Shown in pieces: positions 1 through 7,407 of a DNA stretch of 33,342 bases; within the stretch, counting starts at the first letter, position 1; each line of letters starts with the position of its first letter. The stretch is from Eubacteriales bacterium (GTDB lineage: Bacteria > Bacillota > Clostridia > Oscillospirales > CAG-272). The DNA is taken from contig JAZSBJ010000062.1 in NCBI GenBank assembly GCA_045602305.1, positions 1-33,342 of the forward strand. Direction: 5' to 3'. The notes beneath the pieces were generated by a model. It was not told where the DNA came from. It did no database searches and saw nothing but the letters and a program-made list of their open reading frames with translations. A program made the translations under genes and the position numbers.

Positions 1-10
1 CTTTCTCCTT
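1..10 (-). promoter_or_regulatory. Shine-Dalgarno (AAGGAGAAAG) for a further minus-strand gene beyond the left edge
   Basis: 1-10 ctttctcctt reads AAGGAGAAAG on the minus strand and points out of the window, suggesting the operon continues. Confidence 0.55.
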
Positions 11-11
11 A

Positions 12-283
12 GGCAAGAGAGAATAGTACGAACTCGGTTTTGGAAGGCAAGAACCCGTATATGCGTCGGCAAATTCCCTCGCAATATTGTAATATTGCCG
101 CGATAATTTGTCTCGCCTATCCAAATTCTTGCTCTTCCAAAACTCTAGACCCTCAAGCCTTAATTTTTTGATGATTTTGGTGCTTGGCGATTGAAGCCAA
201 GTGCGAACTTTGCAAGAGCGACAAGTGCCATAAAGCACTAAAAATTCAGGCTTTAGTGCGGGTTCGCGCTGTTCTCTCTTGCC
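12..283. mobile_element. MITE-like non-autonomous palindromic element (272 bp) with TA target duplication
   Basis: Terminal inverted repeats 12-36 and 259-283 (21/25 match), TA at 10-11 and 284-285, two long internal hairpins (about 37-143 and 155-253). Removing it restores AGT-TAA-GGAGAAAG (stop plus RBS). No transposase. Confidence 0.7.
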
Positions 284-981
284 TAACTGTATACGTAAAT
301 GTGATCCGTGTTGTCAAGCGTTAAATAATCGCTGACGGTCTTGTCCGTGTAACGGGTCTGACACACGAGGATCGAATAGCCGTTGTCATCCGCGTGCACG
401 AGGTTCTTTGCGTGAAGCGTTTCGCCCCCGTGAACAAAGGACACGAGCGTCACTCCGTCCTCGGTCGAAAGCTCGACCTCGCAGTCGTAAAGACCGCGCG
501 AGAGCAACACGACCGCAACAAAGTGTGCAAGGATGGTTTCAATGGCGATCTCGTTGTGGTTCGCGCTCATCCATTTGTCGATGAGCGTGTAGATCTTGCC
601 GTACTCAAAGTGTACAGAGGGATCAAGGTAGGGAGCAAAGAAGGATTTTTCGCCGTTTGCGATGACGTCCTTCTGCGCCTCGGAAAGCACGTAGATCACC
701 ATATCAAGTCCAAAGGAGTTTTCGTGATACAGACGGCCGAAGGCGTCCGCTACGTTGCCGAAGTAGCGGCTCTTGTAAGAATAGATCTCGGTGCGCGAAA
801 GGCGGAGATATGCAAGATAGATCAAAAGGAAATCCGCCTTAAGCAGCTTGTAGATGGCGCCGATGCCCTTGACCTGACGGTGCGAAACCGACTCGGAGCC
901 AAATAAAAATTCCTTGAGCGAGGCGGAGCGGATGCGCTCGTTTAAGAGCGCCGCCGCCTCTTTATAATTCGCGATCTCCAT
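283..981 (-). CDS. Hypothetical protein (232 aa), fifth gene of the TIR operon
   Basis: ATG 3 nt after the ParA-like stop, GAGG upstream; no motif recognised. Confidence 0.8.
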   Translation of the reverse strand: MEIANYKEAAALLNERIRSASLKEFLFGSESVSHRQVKGIGAIYKLLKADFLLIYLAYLRLSRTEIYSYKSRYFGNVADAFGRLYHENSFGLDMVIYVLSEAQKDVIANGEKSFFAPYLDPSVHFEYGKIYTLIDKWMSANHNEIAIETILAHFVAVVLLSRGLYDCEVELSTEDGVTLVSFVHGGETLHAKNLVHADDNGYSILVCQTRYTDKTVSDYLTLDNTDHIYVYS

Positions 982-984
982 AGC

Positions 985-1875
985 TTAGTCCGCGATTACC
1001 TCGGCAAGATGGCTGTAACGGCGCAAGCCTTCCTTTTCATCTGCCGTGATCTCTTTTTCCTTGCTGAGCTTGTAAAGCACGCCTTCCTTCCACTTAAAGC
1101 GCATCACCTCGTTGATGCCGAGCATATCTTCGTCCTCAACGAAATCGGTGATGAAATCGAGCGAGGGAATGCCCTCGATGCGCTCGTTGATGTCCTTGAT
1201 GCCTGCTTGCATCTGCGAAACACCGTCGATGACGGCGTCAGCGGGAACGACGGTAGGAAGAATGATGATCTCCTTGTCGCTGGCGGCACCGTACTTAAGT
1301 GCCAGCTTGTGCAAGTAATTAAAGGTACCTACACGGAACTGATGCGTCATACGCAAACAGAAAACGATCTTGTCTGCGGTGTCTACCGAGAGGATGGCGG
1401 AGAACTGATCGCCCGCCGCCGAGTCCATTACGATGCCCTTGAAGTTGTTGTTGTCGGCAAAGGTGATAAGACGCTCCATCGCGCCGTCCATTCTGCCCTC
1501 AACGTCCTTGCGGTTGAGCTGCTCGCTCGTCACGTCGACGCCAAAGAACATAACGGCTTCGTTGTCCTCAAGACCGAGCATATTTCCAACGGGAACGAAG
1601 TGGTTGTAAAGCGAGTGGTCGGAGAGGTTCGCCATACGGGAAACGGAGAAATTCTCCTCGCACTTCAAAAACTGCTTCACGTCGTACTTGCCCTTGAAAT
1701 GATCCTGCTGATTGAGAAGGAAGGTCATACCCGCACTCTCAATGTCGGTATCCATCAAAAGGATGGGGTGCTTTGCATCCGCATCGGTATGCTCTACGAG
1801 AAAGGGAACGGTGTTAAAGCAGGTGGTGGAGCGACCTGCGCCGCCCTTGTAAGAGAAAAAGGTCGAAATAAACAT
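985..1875 (-). CDS. MinD/ParA-family P-loop ATPase with variant Walker A (KGGAGRST)
   Basis: N-terminal FFSYKGGAGRSTT, Walker A' ILLMDTD, Walker B IVMDSAAG; start overlaps the upstream stop (TGATG). Confidence 0.88.
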   Translation of the reverse strand: MFISTFFSYKGGAGRSTTCFNTVPFLVEHTDADAKHPILLMDTDIESAGMTFLLNQQDHFKGKYDVKQFLKCEENFSVSRMANLSDHSLYNHFVPVGNMLGLEDNEAVMFFGVDVTSEQLNRKDVEGRMDGAMERLITFADNNNFKGIVMDSAAGDQFSAILSVDTADKIVFCLRMTHQFRVGTFNYLHKLALKYGAASDKEIIILPTVVPADAVIDGVSQMQAGIKDINERIEGIPSLDFITDFVEDEDMLGINEVMRFKWKEGVLYKLSKEKEITADEKEGLRRYSHLAEVIAD

Positions 1876-3815
1876 CAGTTGTCCTCCTCACGGGAATTTT
1901 TAATGATCTTGGAAAGGACCTCAGGCGTGGATTCCAAGCGCTCGGTCCACTCGGCAACGAATACGGAAAGATCTCTTTGCATATTTTCTTTGACCGTATC
2001 GAAGCCCGACTTGTTGTACATAATGCCGCGGATGGCGGAAAGCACGTATTCCTTCATAACGTCGGTCACAGCGACCTTCAGCTCCTCTTCGAACGAGGAA
2101 AGCGCAACGGCTTCTCCGCGCAAAGAAGCGCCGATGTTCTGGAATGCGGAGATCACAAGCTCGCTCGCGGACTTCTTGATGGCGTCGTTGATTGCGTTCT
2201 CGATGAGGAAGGACGCACGCGTAGCGGCAAGTGCCTCGCTGTGCTTTTCTTCCAGAGCTTTTATTGCCTCGGCGTGTTCCTTTTCCACGTCGCGACGCGC
2301 CTTGCGGATACCCGCCTTTTTACCCTCTTCACGGGCTTGCTCGAACTTGTTTAAGTAGTCCTTCTCGTACTTCTCGTAATAGTCGTGGAAGTCGGCAACT
2401 GCCTCAATATAACGCTCTGTGATCTTAACGTCGTAGCCACGGTCCTCCCACAGCACCTCGTCACGGGAGATGTTCTCCTGATCGAACAGCAGCTCGTAGA
2501 AGGTACCCATCTGCTTAACGGGGTATCTCGTGATGTAGAAGGCAGCCATATTGTTTGCCTTCACAAGTATAGGAAGCAGGGTGGTGTCGGTGATGTGCTT
2601 GTGGTTTAGACGCTTGGTGTAAAGCTCACCTCTCTCCTTATGACGGGGAAGGAAGGGGATGGTGTAGGTGTCGATGAGGTAGTCGTGACCTCTTTGACGA
2701 AGCTGCTCGTAGGTGTGCTGTACGTTTTGCAGAGCCGACTCCATCGTGTTGATAACGTCGCGCTTGTCGGGGTGGGTAACGTTGACGTAACCGTAAAGAA
2801 GGATAAATACGATGTAAAGGGTATTAAAGAGGGCGTTGGAGCGCTCCATACGGCCAAGGTCCTCGCGGTGAATGGCTTGGTGACCCTTTAAGAAGATGTC
2901 GTTAACGAAGTCTTCCTTGATATCGTCCTTGTAGTTTTCCCATACGTTGTTTGCAACGGCACGGCAGATGCGGCGCCACTTATCCTGACGGGGCTCGCCC
3001 TTCTTGTTGTTGTGGTTGATCTTCTCAAGAAGCTCCTCGTCCTTGGCCTGCGTTGCGTCAAGCACGCCGTTCTCGTCAAAGGTGATGTTGTAGGTCGCGT
3101 CCTCAAAGTCGGAGAACGCCTCAAGCACCGAGTATGTAAAGAAGAGAGAAGCGCGCTCGCAGTCGCGGGTGTAGGACCAACCGCGGTAGAGGGAGTGATC
3201 CTCACCGTCGTCGGGCGCGTTGGGGTCTTCCTCTACGATGACCGATTCCACGAACTCTTGGACGATGAAGGCGATCTCCTTGTCAACTCTCTCAAGGTAG
3301 TCGGCAGAGAGGGAGAGGTTGCCCGCACGCACGGCTTGGCGTACCGAGGTGAAAAAGCTGAGCGCCCAAGTCATAGCGCCCGTATAAGGGTGCTTCTTAT
3401 CAAAGAGCGCCTCGGTGCGTCCGTCCACGGTGAAGAAATTGTCCTTCTCCATCAAGTAGGGGTAAAGGCTGTAGCCGTAGGACTTGATGCAGTCGATGAT
3501 ATAGCAGGTGTTCTTCGACAAGAACTCCTTTTGCTCCTCGGTGAGCGTAACGCCGTAGCGGTTGACAAGAGAAAGCACACCCACGCATCCGTAAATATCG
3601 GAAAGGTAGCCTGCGCGCTTTTCGCGGTCGTCACTGTAGAAGATGGGAAAATCACCGCCGTGAGGGGGCTTGATCTTTTTGAGAAGGTCGTTAAGGATGG
3701 CTTCGCCGAGCTGGCGTCTGTCGGCAAAGGATTTAAAGACGATTTCCGCGCCGTCCTCGGCAGAGGCGACGTTTTGGGAGAGAATGAGGTCTTCAATCTG
3801 TTTTCTGATGGCCAT
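1875..3815 (-). CDS. Large hypothetical protein (646 aa), mostly helical, with C-terminal coiled-coil-like region
   Basis: Long ORF with AAGGAAG RBS; charged helical stretch EQAREEGKKAGIRKARRDVEKEHAEAIKALEEKH; 1-bp overlap with the ParA-like gene. Confidence 0.85.
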   Translation of the reverse strand: MAIRKQIEDLILSQNVASAEDGAEIVFKSFADRRQLGEAILNDLLKKIKPPHGGDFPIFYSDDREKRAGYLSDIYGCVGVLSLVNRYGVTLTEEQKEFLSKNTCYIIDCIKSYGYSLYPYLMEKDNFFTVDGRTEALFDKKHPYTGAMTWALSFFTSVRQAVRAGNLSLSADYLERVDKEIAFIVQEFVESVIVEEDPNAPDDGEDHSLYRGWSYTRDCERASLFFTYSVLEAFSDFEDATYNITFDENGVLDATQAKDEELLEKINHNNKKGEPRQDKWRRICRAVANNVWENYKDDIKEDFVNDIFLKGHQAIHREDLGRMERSNALFNTLYIVFILLYGYVNVTHPDKRDVINTMESALQNVQHTYEQLRQRGHDYLIDTYTIPFLPRHKERGELYTKRLNHKHITDTTLLPILVKANNMAAFYITRYPVKQMGTFYELLFDQENISRDEVLWEDRGYDVKITERYIEAVADFHDYYEKYEKDYLNKFEQAREEGKKAGIRKARRDVEKEHAEAIKALEEKHSEALAATRASFLIENAINDAIKKSASELVISAFQNIGASLRGEAVALSSFEEELKVAVTDVMKEYVLSAIRGIMYNKSGFDTVKENMQRDLSVFVAEWTERLESTPEVLSKIIKNSREEDN

Positions 3816-3840
3816 TTTATGTTCTTCCTTTCGTGTAATA

Positions 3841-4887
3841 TCAGTGGATATGCTTGGTCAAGCAGTGAAGTCCGCCGCCGCCGAGAGAGGCTTCCTTCGC
3901 GTCAAAGGGAACGATATCTCTTTCGGGGAATGCGCGCTTTACCACCTCAAGCGCCTCGGCATCGGTGGGAAGCCCAAACTGCGGCACCACCACAACGCCG
4001 TTCGCGATGGCAAAGTTGATATAGGTTTGAAGCACGGCGTCGCCCGCCTTGCGCTCAAAGGAGCCGTCCGCTTCCACGATGGTGTCGGAATCGTCCGACG
4101 TACGGAAGTATAAGTCGGGAACGGGAATGTGAATGATCGTATACGGCTCGCCGTCGGCGTTTCTCGCTGCCTTAACCGTTTTTTCGATCTCACGCACGCG
4201 CGCATAATGCGCGTTCTTCTTGTCGTCGGTCCAAGAGAGAAGCATCGTCTTTTTGTCGACAAAGAAAAGCACGTTGTCGATGTGACCGCCTGTTTCGTCC
4301 TCGGGAAGTCCCTTTTCGATCCAAACGATCTGCTTGGATGCCGTGGCTTGCTTTAAAAGCGCCTCAACCTCTTCGGTCGAAAGCCCCGGGTTGCGGTTGT
4401 CGTTCACGATGGATTCGCGAATGGCAAAGAGCGTGCCGTTGCCGTCGGGGGCAATGTTGCCGCCCTCAAGAATTAGAGGCGAGGGGGTAAGTCCGTAGCC
4501 AAAGAAGGTGGAGATGGTCTTGTCGATGGCATCGTCGTCGTCCCAAGGCTCGTACAGTCCCGCGCCGTAGGAGTTAAAGCCAAAGGAAGCCAAGCTGCGC
4601 GTGCCGTCGTCGTGGTAAACGACGCTCGAAACGGTGTCGCGCGACCAGCAGTCGTTATACTTGAGCTCAAGTATTTCTACGCGCGGATCGAGCGGATATT
4701 CCTTTACCACGTCCACAAGCTCGGGTAATACGCCCATCACAACGCGCTCGTAAGGCACGATCGCGTTGGCAAGCGCCACCATCATTTTGCGGATGGGAGC
4801 GCAGCCCTCACGCCATACGTCATCGCGCGAGGGAAATAAAATTACGGTTGCGATTTGCTTTTCTACTTCTGCAGGTAAACGGCTCAT
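3841..4887 (-). CDS. aguA: Agmatine deiminase / Porphyromonas-type peptidylarginine deiminase family protein
   Basis: Motifs RLPAE, NDCWSRD, LEGGNI.PDGNGT, NRNP, DETGGHIDN, YINF..AN..V.VPQF and C-terminal GGGGLHCLT (catalytic Cys). Symbol reflects the family, not a confirmed substrate. Confidence 0.88.
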   Translation of the reverse strand: MSRLPAEVEKQIATVILFPSRDDVWREGCAPIRKMMVALANAIVPYERVVMGVLPELVDVVKEYPLDPRVEILELKYNDCWSRDTVSSVVYHDDGTRSLASFGFNSYGAGLYEPWDDDDAIDKTISTFFGYGLTPSPLILEGGNIAPDGNGTLFAIRESIVNDNRNPGLSTEEVEALLKQATASKQIVWIEKGLPEDETGGHIDNVLFFVDKKTMLLSWTDDKKNAHYARVREIEKTVKAARNADGEPYTIIHIPVPDLYFRTSDDSDTIVEADGSFERKAGDAVLQTYINFAIANGVVVVPQFGLPTDAEALEVVKRAFPERDIVPFDAKEASLGGGGLHCLTKHIH

Positions 4888-6683
4888 TCACGTTTTCCTC
4901 TCTTTCTTTTCAGCAGTTCGCTCCCCGTCGCTTCGAGGATCTTTTCTGCCTCGGGATTAAGGTAGAGAAGATAGAAGAATGCATCGGAAAGTTCCTTCAT
5001 AGTGTCGGTTCCGGGGTCGATATTATAGGTCGTTACGGTGCTGTCGTCCTTGCCGCTGACAAGACCCTGCCCCGTGGAATACCACGCGCCGCTAAGTCCC
5101 GTTTTCTCCACGAAGATCGCGAAGCTGTAACAAAGATGAAGCAGCTTATCCTCTCTCACGGGAACGGCGATGAGGTTGTCGCACGCGGCAGAAACGACCG
5201 CCTCGGGAATGTCCGTCACCTTTCCGTTCTTATCGTGATAGAACTGCATCCACGCGGCAAGACGGGGGAACTTTTTGCCGCCCTGCTGGTCCTTGTTGTC
5301 TGCGGTGTAGTCGAGCAAGAAGTTTACGAGCTTCTTGGACTCTGCCGCCGTCACGTCGGTGGCAACGCCCATCTGCCAATCCTCAAGCCGCTTGATGCGC
5401 TCAAGGTAGGTCACGCGCACGTGGAGCGCGTCGAGAAGCACGGTGTTGACCGTCTTGCGCGATTTTTCAAGAAGCGCAACGAATTCCGAAATAAAGCGGA
5501 TGAATTCGTACGAGGTTTCGATCTGTGCGTCGTAGGAGTAGCGCTCCGTTTCGCCGCGAAGCCAGTCGATAAACTCCTCGGGAACGCCCAAAACCTCGCG
5601 AAGCGCGGAGTAATCGAAGAAGTTTTGTGCAAGGTCGGACGCGAAGAACTCATTGAAAATATCCTTGTCGCGCTCATCTTCAATGTTGTATTGCTCAAAA
5701 AGATCGTCCACCGTTTTGCCGTTGAACTCTTGGAAGAAGACATCCACCTTGTTTCGCGTGCAGAACTCACTGCGAATGAGGCGCGTCACCTCTTTACGGC
5801 TTTCGGGTGTCTTTGCGATGAAGTCCTTGATCTTGCGGAAGGCGGCATCTCGGTTTGCCTCTTCCTCGGCGGGTATGTAGTAGTAATACTTGACGCCGTT
5901 CTTCTTGGGATCAAAGGTCTTATATACGCCCTTGCCCGCCTCGTTGCCGAGCAGGTTGGTGGCGATGATCATACAAGAGTAGGTATTGCAATCGTATTCG
6001 ATCAGCTCGTTGGATAGCACGTGGGTTTCGCGCAAGCTGTCCGTGCAGACCTCGGTCGAGCCCTTAATGTCGTCGCTGATGGTGTTTGCGGTACACTTGC
6101 CGCGTACGCAACGGTTGAGAAGCTCGTTGAACTTCTGCGACCTTTTGACGTTCTCCGCCTTTCTCTTGATGTTCTCAAAGACGGCGTTGACGTATTGCTC
6201 GCGGATCTCCTCACAGATGAGGGAAAGCTCTTCCTCGGTGGACGAGGCGTTGTAGCGGCGCACGATAATCTCCTTCTTGATCTCTGCGAGCTTCATCACG
6301 TCCTTGGGGATCTCGTCCATCTTGGTGTCGTCAACGATGATGGGGAAGATCTTGATGTAGGGGCGCGTCGTGTCCGAGGTCTTCATACGCATCACCTGCT
6401 CAAGCTCATCCTTGACCTCTACGGAATAGAGGGAATTCTTGGACATCAAGAAAACGAGAACGCAGCAGCTCTCAAGCGCGCGCCGAATGGTCTTGCGGTA
6501 GTCGTCGCCGCCGATGTTGGTGTCCTTTCCGTTGTGCTGGTACATACACCAGTGATTGATCTTCATAGCATCCAAGCGCTCGACAAGCCGCATCGCCACG
6601 TCCTTGTCCTTGCTGGATAGAGAGGTAAAAATGGAGTTTCGGTCAAGGCTGACCGTTTCCACCAGTTTGCCGTAATCTAGCAT
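4884..6683 (-). CDS. TIR-domain protein (N-terminal TIR, about aa 17-145) with a large uncharacterised C-terminal region
   Basis: IFTSLSSKD (betaA), GDDYRKTIRRALESCCVLVFLMSKNSLYSVEVKDEL with the catalytic-position Glu93, and IFPIIVD; AAGGAG RBS. Confidence 0.88.
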   Translation of the reverse strand: MLDYGKLVETVSLDRNSIFTSLSSKDKDVAMRLVERLDAMKINHWCMYQHNGKDTNIGGDDYRKTIRRALESCCVLVFLMSKNSLYSVEVKDELEQVMRMKTSDTTRPYIKIFPIIVDDTKMDEIPKDVMKLAEIKKEIIVRRYNASSTEEELSLICEEIREQYVNAVFENIKRKAENVKRSQKFNELLNRCVRGKCTANTISDDIKGSTEVCTDSLRETHVLSNELIEYDCNTYSCMIIATNLLGNEAGKGVYKTFDPKKNGVKYYYYIPAEEEANRDAAFRKIKDFIAKTPESRKEVTRLIRSEFCTRNKVDVFFQEFNGKTVDDLFEQYNIEDERDKDIFNEFFASDLAQNFFDYSALREVLGVPEEFIDWLRGETERYSYDAQIETSYEFIRFISEFVALLEKSRKTVNTVLLDALHVRVTYLERIKRLEDWQMGVATDVTAAESKKLVNFLLDYTADNKDQQGGKKFPRLAAWMQFYHDKNGKVTDIPEAVVSAACDNLIAVPVREDKLLHLCYSFAIFVEKTGLSGAWYSTGQGLVSGKDDSTVTTYNIDPGTDTMKELSDAFFYLLYLNPEAEKILEATGSELLKRKRGKRE

Positions 6684-6748
6684 ACCTTGCTCCTTTTGCT
6701 TCGTTTTGCGCGTGCTTGCGCACGCAGTATATATAATATATCATTATA

Positions 6749-6776
6749 AGTATATCATTTTTTGCGTTTTTGTCAA
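6749..6776 (-). promoter_or_regulatory. sigma-A promoter of the TIR operon
   Basis: TTGACA (6776-6771), 16 bp spacer, extended -10 TGaTATACT (hexamer 6754-6749). Confidence 0.7.
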
Positions 6777-6809
6777 GTGCTTTGTAGAAAAAAAGCACTT
6801 TCCGCAGGG

Positions 6810-6838
6810 AAAAAGAAAAGCCCTCGCAGGGCGAGGGC
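6810..6838 (-). terminator. Intrinsic terminator after the TerB-like gene
   Basis: GCCCTCGC/GCGAGGGC stem (6820-6838) followed by a U-rich run on the minus strand. Confidence 0.65.
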
Positions 6839-6844
6839 AAAGGG

Positions 6845-7264
6845 TCATTCCATTAAGCGCAAAAGAAAGGCGTTTTCCGCTCCCGTGACCTTGTGATCGG
6901 AAGCAAGAATGCAAAGGCAAAGGGTGCAAAGCGCGCGCTTGCCCTTTTTGTCAAGGCTGTCGACAACGCGGTCGGTCGCCGCGCGCATTCCCTCACTCTT
7001 AAAGCGCTCGGTCAGGCGCGAAAGATGCTCACGGGTGAACTCTGCGGAAAACAGCTCCGACATAAAATCAAGCTCCTCGTCCGAGAGGGCGCCATCCGCC
7101 CCCAAGGCAGAAGCAACGACGGCGGAAAGAAGCTCTTTTTCGCTCCCTTCCTTTAAGGCGCGCAAAGAGAGAAGCGCCTCGGCGGCACTCTTTCTTGCGG
7201 TAGAAAGCAAGGACGTGCGGCTGGACGCGGTATACTGTTTCAGCAGACTTTGAAGCTCGGACAT
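6845..7264 (-). CDS. TerB-family (tellurite-resistance-like) protein, 139 aa
   Basis: Two TerB-like motifs, ALGADGALSDEELDFM and ILASDHKVTGAENAFL. Start moved to ATG 7264, after GAGGTG. Confidence 0.7.
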   Translation of the reverse strand: MSELQSLLKQYTASSRTSLLSTARKSAAEALLSLRALKEGSEKELLSAVVASALGADGALSDEELDFMSELFSAEFTREHLSRLTERFKSEGMRAATDRVVDSLDKKGKRALCTLCLCILASDHKVTGAENAFLLRLME

Positions 7265-7297
7265 CGTGACACCTCTGTTTCGTGTTTTCTTGCTTCC

Positions 7298-7327
7298 ATT
7301 GTAGCACGCACCCGCGCGGGTTGTCAA
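7298..7327 (-). promoter_or_regulatory. sigma-A promoter of the TerB-like gene
   Basis: TTGACA (7327-7322), 18 bp spacer, TGcTACAAT (hexamer 7303-7298). Confidence 0.55.
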
Positions 7328-7345
7328 TCAATTTTGGGAAAAAAG

Positions 7346-7374
7346 TTGCAATTTTCGTAAGACTGTGTTACAAT
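7346..7374 (+). promoter_or_regulatory. sigma-A promoter of glpK
   Basis: TTGCAA (7346-7351), 17 bp spacer, TGtTACAAT (hexamer 7369-7374). Confidence 0.55.
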
Positions 7375-7407
7375 AAAAGGGAATAAAACAGACGGGAGAG
7401 AATTCGT

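Noticed and set aside
985-1875. Chromosome partition gene soj/parA of the origin region
   Set aside because: Variant Walker A, no parB/spo0J, embedded in an unrelated operon and about 16 kb from mnmE.
1009-2358. 449-aa plus-strand ORF (also 3012-4019, 4848-6017, 6021-6620)
   Set aside because: Antisense shadows of the minus-strand operon genes with no recognisable motifs; long shadow ORFs are expected from biased codon usage.
4884-6683. Assignment to Thoeris, CBASS, Pycsar or SPARTA
   Set aside because: No SIR2/SLOG or Macro effector, nucleotide cyclase or Argonaute motifs recognised in neighbouring genes within the window.
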